Assembly: GCA_030770535.1 (NCBI GenBank)
Contig: JASVEC010000002.1
Coordinates: 1,984,001-2,048,000 of the forward strand
Length of the DNA stretch: 64,000 nucleotides
Direction: 5' to 3'
From: Batkoa obscura
Taxonomy: Eukaryota
In this document: positions 40,323 through 51,284 of the stretch, in pieces
How the letters are laid out: each line of letters begins with the position of its first letter
Numbering within the stretch: the first letter of the stretch is position 1
The notes under the pieces: generated by a model
Seen by the model: only the letters and a program-made list of their open reading frames with translations
Told to the model about the DNA's origin: nothing
Databases searched by the model: none
Translations under genes and position numbers: made by a program

Positions 40323-42157
40323 ATGAAAGTACTAAAAACAATTAAACCCAAGGTTAATATATTCAAAAAAAAGTATTCCACTTCTCCGTTTGAATTATTG
40401 ACTCCAAATAAAGTAAATATGAATTCATTGAATTTAATAATTAAATCTCACTCATTTCTTTTCATTTCCAGCCTGTCAATGGTTTTATTGGAGCGATTGG
40501 AAACACACCATTGGTATTTGAATTCTAAATTCATCTTAGCCTTTTAACTATTGTTTATTTAGATAAGAATTAATTCCTTAAGTAAAGAAACTGGATGTGA
40601 GATATTAGCTAAAGCAGAATTTATGAATCCTGGTGGCTCGGTAAAAGATCGAGCTGCATTATATGTAGTTTTAGATGCTGAAGAAAAAGGATTATTAAAA
40701 CCTGGTGGTACTGTAGTAGAAGGAACTGCTGGTAAGTTCTTATTTTTGAAAATTTTGGATGAATAGTAGAGATTGTTGAGGGAGATTTGAAATAGGGATA
40801 TGATGGTGAAGATTTTGATTGATTTTGATTGATTTTGGCTTAAATAGGTAATACTGGTATTGGTCTTGCACATGTATGTCGAGCTAAAGGTTACAAATGT
40901 GTAATTTATATGCCTAATACACAGGTGAGATTATTTCAATCTTTGACATTATTTAAATAATTGATTACAATCTGTATATTATTCTATAGAGTCAAGAAAA
41001 AATCGATTTATTAAAAATGTTAGGTAAAGAATAATCAAATGATGATTTCAAAAACAAATCCTCAATTTTATTTTTTAGGCGCTGAAGTTTATCCAGTACC
41101 AGCAGTCGCTTTTGAAAATCCAGAAAATTATAATCATCAAGCTAAAAGACATGCTGAAAAATTAGAAAATGCAGTATGGACTAATCAATTTGATAATACA
41201 GCTAATCGAAGAGCACATATTGAAACAACAGGACCAGAAATTTGGAAACAAACTGAAGGTGAGTATTAATAATACTAAAAATTAGTAATTTTAGAAAAGA
41301 TAGATCTAATAATAATAATAATAATAATATAAAGGACAAAATTGGTTGATATTAATTTCATTTTTATTAATATTAAAATAGGAAAAATTGATGCTTTTAC
41401 ATGTGCTACTGGAACTGCTGGTTCCTTTGCTGGAATTTCCTCTTATTTAAAAAAGCAAGATAAAAATATTCATTGTTATTTAGCGGATCCACCAGGCTCT
41501 GTATTAACTTCCTATTTTACATCTGGTGGTAAATTATTTGAAAGACAAGGTTCTTCAATTACAGAGGGTAAATTTTGAACAATAATCAACAATAATAAAT
41601 AGCAATTGATATGAACATATTAATATCAATAATATTTTTTATAAGGTATTGGCCAAGGAAGAATTACAAATAATTTAAAAGAGGATTTAAATTTAGTTCA
41701 TGAGGCTTTTACTGTACCCGATGAAGCTTCAATTGAAATGGTAAAATTAATTACTAATTTGATAGGAAAATTTGATTTATTATTATTATTTTAAGGTCTA
41801 TAAATTACTTCATAATGATGGTATATATGTTGGTGCATCATCAGCATTAAATGCAGCTGCAGCAGTTGAAGTAGCTAAAAGAGAAGGACCTGGTAAATAA
41901 CAATAATAATAATAATAAACAAAGTAAATTTTAAAATTTAACTAGGTAAAAGGATAGTAACATTATTATGTGATGGAGCATATCGATATCAATCTAGATT
42001 ATTTAGTAAAATTTGATTCTTAATATATTAATAAGAAATAAGAAAATACTAACAATAATTTATTTATTTATTATTATTAGGTTATAAATGGTTAGAATCA
42101 AAAGGTTTATTATCGGCTATACCACAAGACTTAAAAAAGTATATTATACTTGAATAA
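40323..42157 (+). CDS. Cysteine synthase (O-acetylserine sulfhydrylase, PLP-dependent), likely mitochondrial; multi-exon
   Basis: [84 protein letters not shown]. Confidence 0.95.
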
Positions 42158-42203
42158 TAAAATTATATTAAGTAATAATAAGTGTTATATTATTATTATT
42201 CAT

Positions 42204-44720
42204 TTATTTTAATTGATTGATACTCTTTAATATATTAATTACTATATCATGAATTTGATTGGAGGTATAATTAGTAGTTATAATATTAGTATCCTTATTT
42301 TTATCCTTATCTTTATCCTTATCTTTATCATTATTATTTAAGATATCTATTAAATTAAATTCTTTAAATTGATCAGATAATAAATTTAAAACCTTAAGAT
42401 AAGATTCATTTGTATAAATATTCTCATTGAATTGAATGTTTTTTATTAATAAAATTAATTGATTATAGTTCAAATTTAAAGCAATTAATAATAATTTTAA
42501 ATCTAGTATTGGATTAATTGATAAGGCCATAATTACATTTAACAAATAGGAACAATCAATTTTTAATTGTTCTAATTTAATATAATTAACTGTTATTCGT
42601 TGATAATAATAACTCATTGTTAATTGACTCAATTCGTTAATCCATTGATTTAATACTTTTTGTTTATTTTGATTATTATTGTTATTATTATTAAAATACT
42701 TCTGTGTAACTAAAAAGCCCAAATCATCTAGATAAACTTCTAGTCTTTGAGGCAACGTTAACAAATATTCTCCAATTTCCAATATGTTTCTATTAGGTGC
42801 TAAAGAAAATAAATTGCTTTCATTACCATTCTTTTCATTATTATTCTTTTCACTCATATTATCAATTTTTAACAAAATAGGACAACTGACTAATTCAAAT
42901 AATTGTTTAGATATTAATTGAATTTCATTATTGATTTGGTTATAAATATCTTGATTTACTTTAATTTCATTAAATTTATTCAATTTGATCATTTCAATTA
43001 TTTGTTTGAATTCTTTATTATTCATTATTTCACTCTGTTGACAATTTTTAATAGTAGCTAAGGCTACTTTAATTGGATTATTATTATTATTATTATTACT
43101 ATTATTATTATTATTATTATTATTATTATCTAATATCATTTCATAATCTTCTAATTTCATATTGTTAATATCCAAATCATTAATTATTGTTAAATAATTA
43201 TACTCTAAATTCATTTCTTCAATTAACTGGGTAAATTCCTTTTGAATGTTAAGAAATTTTTCATTCATTTTAATTAATTCTTGAATTCTATTCCAGTTGA
43301 CTATTGTTGATTGTTGTAACTGATTATTACTATTATTATTAATTTGATTTAATGTATTTTTAATTATATTTTGAATATAATTTAATAGTCCTAATAAATT
43401 ATAACCAAATGTAAATTTCTTGTCTTTTTTAATTAATTCTCTACCAAATTCTATACTAAATAAGATATATTTATTATTTTGATTATAATATTCTTGTTGA
43501 TATTTTAAAAACATACTTAAAATAGGTACTAAGTTTAATAACCAATATTCAAATAAAGTGGAGCATTTAAATTGACTAATTGTTAATAAATTATCTTCTT
43601 CATCTTCCATATTTTCCATTTCTTTTTTATTTTCATTTGAATATTTAACACAATGAAAATAGATTACTCTTTCAATTTTAATTAAAAATTCATTAATTAA
43701 ATTGAAATATGATAACATTATTTCATTTTCTTCATTTTGAAAAAAATAACTTTTTAAATGATTTAAAAAATTCACTATTAATTTAGTAATTAGTTTATAT
43801 ACCTCTTTTTCAAATACTAATAAACACCATTCAATTTCTTCATTAATTTTTTCTAATATGTCATTTAAATATTTTTTTAATAAATTGATTTTCATATCTG
43901 ATGTTTCAATACCTTTATTATATTCTGATTTAAAATTAACTACTATACTAAAACAAAATTCTTTAATAATTTTGTTATATACTTTATCTTCATTTCCTAA
44001 TACTGAATATCCCGTTAATAAATTTTTAGTCACTAATTTATCTCGATTTTTAATTCCTTCTGTTAATACTTGTCTGTATACACTTTCAATTCTTTGTAAA
44101 CATAAATTTAACACTTTTTTTCTACTATCTTGTTTTTCTTGATTATTGATTTTCAATTGATTTTCTAAATTCAATTCAGCTTGTTTATATTTCTTGGATG
44201 CAACTATATAATTTTTTTGTTCTAAAGCTAATATAATTTCTTTTTCTAAATTATTCCAAAAGGCATCTAAATTTAACTCTTCAATTTTGTTTTCAATATC
44301 TTTTTGTTCTGTGGTCAATTGAATTAATTCTGTATAATAACTATTCTCTGTGATTTTGTTAATAGCATTATCTATCTTCATTTCCGTTTCACATTCTAAA
44401 ATCTTTGCTTTTAAACTTTCTATTTTATATTTAATTAAATTTAAATCTAATGTTAATTTAGGTAAATTATTATCAATAATTTGTATCTCTTGTTCAATAT
44501 CTTCTGTTAAATTATGGATTTCTTTTTCAATATAATGAATTAATTCCCAACTGTTACTTTCAATTAAATTACAATATTCTTTGATTCCTTCAAATTGATT
44601 ATGTTCAGTTGGTAGAATATTAATAGTAGGATAAAATTCATTGATAATAGATTGTAATTGAGATTCATTTACTTCTTCATCAGTTATAGATTCAATTTTA
44701 TTTTGTAACTTAAATTCCAT
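42204..44720 (-). CDS. COG7: Conserved oligomeric Golgi complex subunit 7, highly diverged and Asn-rich; single ORF
   Basis: 838-aa helical ORF with FSLAPNRNILEIGEYLLTLPQRLEVY and QLKIDCSYLLNVIMAL, both COG7-type C-terminal motifs. NLPKLTLDL in the N-terminal coiled coil. Confidence 0.8.
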   Translation of the reverse strand: MEFKLQNKIESITDEEVNESQLQSIINEFYPTINILPTEHNQFEGIKEYCNLIESNSWELIHYIEKEIHNLTEDIEQEIQIIDNNLPKLTLDLNLIKYKIESLKAKILECETEMKIDNAINKITENSYYTELIQLTTEQKDIENKIEELNLDAFWNNLEKEIILALEQKNYIVASKKYKQAELNLENQLKINNQEKQDSRKKVLNLCLQRIESVYRQVLTEGIKNRDKLVTKNLLTGYSVLGNEDKVYNKIIKEFCFSIVVNFKSEYNKGIETSDMKINLLKKYLNDILEKINEEIEWCLLVFEKEVYKLITKLIVNFLNHLKSYFFQNEENEIMLSYFNLINEFLIKIERVIYFHCVKYSNENKKEMENMEDEEDNLLTISQFKCSTLFEYWLLNLVPILSMFLKYQQEYYNQNNKYILFSIEFGRELIKKDKKFTFGYNLLGLLNYIQNIIKNTLNQINNNSNNQLQQSTIVNWNRIQELIKMNEKFLNIQKEFTQLIEEMNLEYNYLTIINDLDINNMKLEDYEMILDNNNNNNNNNSNNNNNNNPIKVALATIKNCQQSEIMNNKEFKQIIEMIKLNKFNEIKVNQDIYNQINNEIQLISKQLFELVSCPILLKIDNMSEKNNNEKNGNESNLFSLAPNRNILEIGEYLLTLPQRLEVYLDDLGFLVTQKYFNNNNNNNQNKQKVLNQWINELSQLTMSYYYQRITVNYIKLEQLKIDCSYLLNVIMALSINPILDLKLLLIALNLNYNQLILLIKNIQFNENIYTNESYLKVLNLLSDQFKEFNLIDILNNNDKDKDKDKDKNKDTNIITTNYTSNQIHDIVINILKSINQLK

Positions 44721-44900
44721 ATAATCAACTACTTATTTTATTATTAAAGAAAGGAACAATAAAAAATAAGTGTAATTTTAAATTATGCAGTTCAAATTTA
44801 TTTTAATGACGTTAAAATATTTCGAATTCTTAAATTTAAAAAAATAAAACAATTGTTATTTTATTCAATTTATTTTTTGAAATCATAAGTAATTTAAAAT

Positions 44901-46663
44901 ATGCTATTAAAAAAGAATTATAATTATCATAAGTTATTTAAAGTAATTTAATATTATTTTAAATAAATAATAATTGAAATTATCTAATTAAATTTTAGTT
45001 AACATTCTCAACTTCCACACTATGCAATTCTAATTCCTATAATTATGAATTATCTTCTAATCTTTATGAAGGTTTAGTAAAGGGTGATCGGTTTTCTTTA
45101 TCTCGAGCAATAACATTAGGTAATACCATCTATTGATTATCATAATACCCTATTTATCTTCTTTAAATTACCTTTTAATCATTTTTATAGTTGAATCCAC
45201 TCGTTTAGATCATCAAGCAGAGAGCAAATTACTACTAAATAAAATCCTAGCTAATAAAAATTTCAAAAACACCTATCGAATAGGGCTATCTGGTTCTCCA
45301 GGAGTGGGAAAATCAACTTTTATCGAATCCTTTGGTACTCATTTAACAAAATTAAACTATAAAGTAGCTGTATTGGTAAGTTATATCATTTAATAAGTAA
45401 TTTAAATAGATACTATTTTGTAGTTTATTATTATTATTACTTTTATTAGTATTATTATTATGGTTTATTACTATTTAGTTTAATTAATACTTAAAATTAG
45501 GCAGTTGACCCTTCATCAACAAAAACAGGGGGTAGTATTTTAGGCGATAAAACACGTATGTATGAATTATCACGTAATGATATGGCTTATGTAAGACCTA
45601 CTCCATCAAGAGGCACCTTGGGTGGCGTAGCTAGAAACACAAATGAAGCTATATTGTTATGCGAAGGTAAATCCAATAATATTAACTTTTTTATATTAAA
45701 ATTAAAAATTAAATAATGTTTTTTGATTCTTTTAGCTGCTGGTTACGATATCATTTTAGTTGAAACGGTAGGTGTTGGACAGAGTGAAACAGTAGTGGCG
45801 GATATGGTAGATGTGTAAGTTTAATTATTATTACTAACTAATTGAAATTCGATATTAATATTTAATTTTGATCTAGATTTACTTTAATAGTACCACCAGC
45901 TGGTGGTGATGAATTACAAGTAACTTAATTTTTTTTAAACCTTAAATTAAATTAAAATTTAATATTTTATTACTATTAAAGGGCATGAAAAAAGGAATTA
46001 TGGAAATGAGTGATATAATTATAGTCAATAAAGCGGATGGTGATTTAATTAATAGCGCTACAAGAGCACAAACTGAATTAATAAGTGCCTTGAAATTTAT
46101 GCATCCAAATACGATGGGATGGGAAACAAAAGTAATGTTATTTCTTTTACAATTATTTTATTTGATTAAAATTTTATTAATATGAATATTCATTTTTAAC
46201 TAAATTAGGTATTGAAAATATCATCTTTAAAAAAAGAAGGTATTCAAGAAGTATGGGAGAATTTGAATTTATTTAATAATTTTATATCAAATAATAATAT
46301 TAAAAAAAACAAACGTGGTCAGCAACAAATTCGATGGATGTGGAGAGAAGTGACTTCTTCCTTATTAACTAAGTAAGTTAATTTTATTATTAGTTTTTGT
46401 TTATTTATTACAAACTTAATATTATTAATATTAATATTATTAATTATTTTTTTATTAGATTATCAAGTGATCCAAAAATTCAAGAATTAACAAAACAATT
46501 AGAATCTAAAGTTTACGATTTAAAATTGCCTGCAAGCAGGGGCTCCGATATTATAATTAATCAATTTTTAAATAATCATAAGATTGAAACTAAAATCATT
46601 AATCCAACATCTTCTAATCCTTCCAATATTAATCCTAATTTAGAAAGTGTACTTTTTAAATAA
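44901..46663 (+). CDS. MMAA: Methylmalonyl-CoA mutase-associated GTPase MMAA/MeaB, multi-exon
   Basis: [90 protein letters not shown]. Confidence 0.96.
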
Positions 46664-46779
46664 ATAAATAAAACTTTATTAATTAAAATAATAGCTACTT
46701 TTTTATTAATATAAAAAAAACTTCTAACTAAATATAAAAACAATGATAAACAAAATCAAATCAGTTAGATTATTCTTAA

Positions 46780-48372
46780 TTAAGAATAAGATAAACCAAC
46801 GGAAGCTAATCCAGTGACATGATTCTTATTTAAAAAAGCTCTTGAACTTGATCTATTATCTTTGCTTCCAATTGGGATCCCGAAGCCCATTTTATAATTA
46901 GACGAACTTGAAGATTCTCTAGAATGTGTTGATTCTCCATCCGAAAATAAAGGTCCCATTTTATCTTGATTTTCATTTCCCCTTTCACTAGCAATTAAAT
47001 AAACCCCAACAAATGTCAATAAACATCCAAAGATAAAGGTAATGTATTGCTCCAATGTGTATGCTTCAAATTCATCAAATAATATAGCAGAACCAATCAC
47101 AGCGGAGAGTGTGAATAAAACAAATTGAGTTGGTATAACTACTGTGGAATCAAAAGATTGTAATGCTTTATTTAAATATTTCACTTGCAAAATACCTGTA
47201 GCTATTAATATAGTAATCATAAAATAAAAAGAAGGGTAAATAAAAGCTTTCATTTTCATACTATTAAGTAAAGAAGATACTCCTTTAGTAGCTAATACTG
47301 TAAAACCACCTAAATTATTTTTATTAATTAATTCATTGATTTTATATTATTAATTTTATCGTCTTTTATACAATATGAAATAAATAATTACCAAATAAAG
47401 CTACAGTTGAGATATCAATAACAACAATTTTTTTTCCATATGTATCAGATATACTTAAAAATAAAGCCATTAAACAAATACAAGTAGCAATATAAATCAT
47501 GACTTTAGATCGAAAAAATAAATCGAAAAATCCATCTTCAGGTAACTAAAAATTTAAATAAAAACAATTATTAATTTCTATACTTAATTAAATAGAAATC
47601 AATCAATTCACTTACATTTGATTCTGTGTTTTTAGAAGTCATAACTACCATAATAGCCCCCGACATAGCTAATAATATACCAAAAAAATCTCTTTTACGA
47701 AATTTTTCACCAAGGAAAAAGGGTGCTATTAGAGCGTTTGAAATTAATCCAACTGTACCTAAAGGAGCCACTGTACTTGCTGGTGCAAAGCCATAAGCTA
47801 ATAAATAATAATATGTTGAATTATTTTCAATTTAAAACTAAAGACTTAAAATTACCTAAAAAATTACCCACTTCGCCTAATAGGAATTTCATATTAATAT
47901 TAATAAAATGTTCATTTATAAAGTAATACAATTAAACTTACCTAAATTCATTAATATATAACCCAACCACCAAAATTTACTTTTTAAATAATTTTTGTTT
48001 TTAGGTTTAATATTTGTCTCTGTCCCATATTCATTAATTTCCAATTCTTCATTTAATCCATTGTTATCAACATTAGCGTAATTCCCATTATTTCTGCTAC
48101 TATTACTTTGTAATAAAGCTTGTAACTCACCATTTCTTATCCTTTGTTGAATTCGATTATGTGCATATTTTTGAATATTCAAAGCAACAGAAATTAATAT
48201 CTAGTTAATTATTGAGATAATTTAATTAAAAGAATGAATTAGTTAATAATAGTTATTAAAGTTGTTAGTTATATTGAATTACATTCCCAACTACGGATAA
48301 TAAGACACCAATTAAAGTACGTCCATTTACTGGGTCATTTACAATATCTTGTATTCTATCATAAAAATTCAT
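46780..48372 (-). CDS. NIPA-family (DUF803) magnesium transporter-like membrane protein, multi-exon
   Basis: GNILISVALNIQKYAH, YLKSKFWWLG, GEVGNFLAYGFAPASTVAPLG, QVKYLNKALQSFDSTVVIPTQFVLFT. Confidence 0.93.
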
Positions 48373-48495
48373 CCTTTTTTTCCTTTATTATTTGATCTTT
48401 TCGTGTTTTATTTTTAAGTTACTTAGTTAAATTGTTAATGGAATTCTATCTCTCTTCTTTTTTTTATAGAAAAAAACTCAATTAAAACTAAAAAT

Positions 48496-50959
48496 GGGGT
48501 TGTCTGAATTAGTTTCATTATTTTATCCAATTTTAAAAAAATTTGTATTTTAAAAACTTCGCTTAAAATTCTATAAAATCACATCTTTTATTAAAACAAA
48601 AGTACCCAAACACAGTTCTAAACCATTATATTATAGCTCATACTGTAAGTTAGTTGAATTTCTACTAGATCTTAAATACATGTTCTTATAAAGCTTAATT
48701 GAGAAATATTTATTATCAACTGCTTTATAACCAACATCGTAGATTTATTATCAAATAAATAAACTACTTTAATGTTATAATTACATTATTAATATATTGC
48801 CAAGTTAATAAATAGCTGCATGGGAGGGAGTGGTCAGCCCCAAAACTATAATTGACCATCCCTATATAGTACAAGTAATAATAGTTTTTACATATTATTA
48901 CAGTTACTTGTTCTTTGACTATTTATTAACTTAGCTACCAATAACTTAAGTAATCCTAACATTTAACAATCTATTTCTATCATTCAACAAACTACTTACT
49001 TGCTTAGTAAATATCGAAATTTTTAAATTCTCTGTTATCTTCGTAAGGTAAGCTGGGATCGATCTTTTAATTTTTCTGTTTTCTATAGACTCTATAACTT
49101 TAATTGGGACTATATCGCTTTTTTTTGATGTATCAGATACTGGATAACAATGTAGTTTATTGTTATGTTTAATAAAATGTAAATACTTCTTAATGCCCTG
49201 CATCTCTATTATTCTTTTTGTATTTTTGTTTCTTTTATACTTTTTAAAAATTATATCTGTTTTCCCATTATTAACAGTCGAGTTATTAATTTTATTATGC
49301 TCACAAATAAAAGCCTCAAATCTTGAAATTAATTGATCGATATCTTCTATTTTACCTAACGCTTCAAAACTACTTTTCCATTTTGAAAGGTTTCCAAAAT
49401 GTCCATCAACTATACTTTTTCCATGATGCTCAGCAAAAAAATTAAGATTAACATTCAAACTACTATTTATTTTATGAATTTCTTTAAACATATAATGTAA
49501 GAACTCTTGGGATCTAAAATGATTTCCTGTATCTGCCCATATATTAATTTTTGTAAACTTTTTAAATAGAAGCTCTGTAGAGATTAAATCGATTAAACAA
49601 TCTCCTGCATATGCTGAATCATGATTCAATATTTCAGATAAATAATCAAAGTAAACTTTGCCTATTGTTTTATCATCTTTTAAATATAATACACCAAAGC
49701 CTAATACTGATATAGCTTGTTTATTATAATGATCTAGATTTATTGAATCTGGTCTTGTCCCTATTTCCATATTTTGTTTAAAATCTAAAACTATTATACA
49801 ACTTTTGTTATTTAATTTTTTGATAGTTTCATTAAATGTGTTTTTTTGAGTATCAACACAGAATTTATGTAATTTGTATAATTTTTCTTCTTCGTTGAAA
49901 ATTTCTTCTATCTCTGCTTTGTTTTTTGCTGTATTTATTTTATTTTCAAATAACTTTTTTCTAACTGTATACTGGGTACATATATTACATAGATCCGTTT
50001 TTCTTGCTGGATTTTTGAAATTACTTGGTATATATTTAAAGAACGTTGACCTGGCTACTGCTTTATCTCTTAGATCATTCAAATATTTACTATATATCAT
50101 TCTTCTACTTTTATTTAATATATATATATTATCTGATGAATATTTACTATCGTTATTTTTTTTATTAAATCTTGATGAAATAGTTGAATCATTTAGTAAA
50201 TATTGTATGATAGTTTCAATTTGGTCATCTTTAATTTTTTTTGTATTTTTAATAATAGGTTTTAATGTTGATATTTTATTATTATTACTTGTTTTTGAAT
50301 AATCATATTGATTTCTATTTATATTAAACCCAAAACTCTTACATTCATCAAAAGAATATACTGAAGCTATAGTTGATAATAACGCTACTTGCTGACTTTT
50401 GTTTCCTGTTTCCCTTAAAGCACTAATTTTATACATTACTTGATTAAGTTTATTATTATCGATAGTAAACTTTGATAATATATCTTTTCTTTGTTTTGTT
50501 TTATTATAAAATTCCATGAACCTTGGGTTGTTATAAGTAGCTCTTAAAATTGATGTAAACGAATTACAATGTTTATATTGTGTACTCCTCCCTATTGTAT
50601 TGAAGTTTTCAAAAATTCCATTTCGAAGTTTAGTTATGAAAGTTTGCATTTTATTTTTATTTCAACAAAAAATAAAGTCAAATAAAGTCAAATAACTGTG
50701 TTTATATAATTATGTATTTATATAATTATATAATCATATAGTTATATATTATATATCTGTTAAATATCTAACAGAACTAACATAAAATATATAGTTAGGA
50801 AAATTAGCTATTTAAGAAAAGGAAACAATTAAAATAAGTTTTAAATAGAGACATTTAATTTTAGGCTTTTTAGATTTAACCGTTATATTGAACACAAACT
50901 TGGAATTTTAAATTTGGATTAATTTCTAAGTAGATTCTGAAACCAATTAGGACAGCCCC
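48496..50959 (-). mobile_element. Full-length Sola-like cut-and-paste DNA transposon, 2464 bp
   Basis: 22-bp TIRs GGGGTTGTCTGAATTAGTTTCA and GGGGCTGTCCTAATTGGTTTCA (4 mismatches). AAAT on both flanks (48492-48495, 50960-50963). One intronless transposase ORF. A second copy shares the same terminus. Confidence 0.9.
48946..50649 (-). CDS. DDD transposase (Sola-like), 567 aa, uninterrupted
   Basis: KTDLCNIC Cys pair; putative catalytic triad IVLDFKQN / IWADTGNHFRSQ / NFFAEHHGKSIVDGHFG. Confidence 0.85.
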   Translation of the reverse strand: MQTFITKLRNGIFENFNTIGRSTQYKHCNSFTSILRATYNNPRFMEFYNKTKQRKDILSKFTIDNNKLNQVMYKISALRETGNKSQQVALLSTIASVYSFDECKSFGFNINRNQYDYSKTSNNNKISTLKPIIKNTKKIKDDQIETIIQYLLNDSTISSRFNKKNNDSKYSSDNIYILNKSRRMIYSKYLNDLRDKAVARSTFFKYIPSNFKNPARKTDLCNICTQYTVRKKLFENKINTAKNKAEIEEIFNEEEKLYKLHKFCVDTQKNTFNETIKKLNNKSCIIVLDFKQNMEIGTRPDSINLDHYNKQAISVLGFGVLYLKDDKTIGKVYFDYLSEILNHDSAYAGDCLIDLISTELLFKKFTKINIWADTGNHFRSQEFLHYMFKEIHKINSSLNVNLNFFAEHHGKSIVDGHFGNLSKWKSSFEALGKIEDIDQLISRFEAFICEHNKINNSTVNNGKTDIIFKKYKRNKNTKRIIEMQGIKKYLHFIKHNNKLHCYPVSDTSKKSDIVPIKVIESIENRKIKRSIPAYLTKITENLKISIFTKQVSSLLNDRNRLLNVRIT

Positions 50960-51284
50960 AAATGTTAAATTTAGCTAAAAAAATTCTGGTTAAAATTTAG
51001 GTTCCTTAATTAAGTGTGGCAATTCATTAGTTTTTTTGAAAAAGTTGTTAAGGAACTTTCATTTCTATATTTAGAAATTTGACTTATTTTTAAAAAAAAA
51101 TCCCAAATTAAAGTTATCTCCAACTTTATTTATTACGAAAATTAATAACAGTTTGAATTAAAGATAACGATTAAAGATAATATTCTAATATTTGAACTCA
51201 ATTAGCTAAGCAATTATAAAATTAATATATAAAAAATTATAAATTTTATTATATATATTTATATAAACCCTCTCTTTCTCCTTT

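Noticed and set aside
48946..50649. Fanzor/TnpB-type RNA-guided nuclease
   Set aside because: No RuvC plus C-terminal zinc-finger arrangement is recognisable. The motifs fit a DDD transposase and the element has only one ORF.
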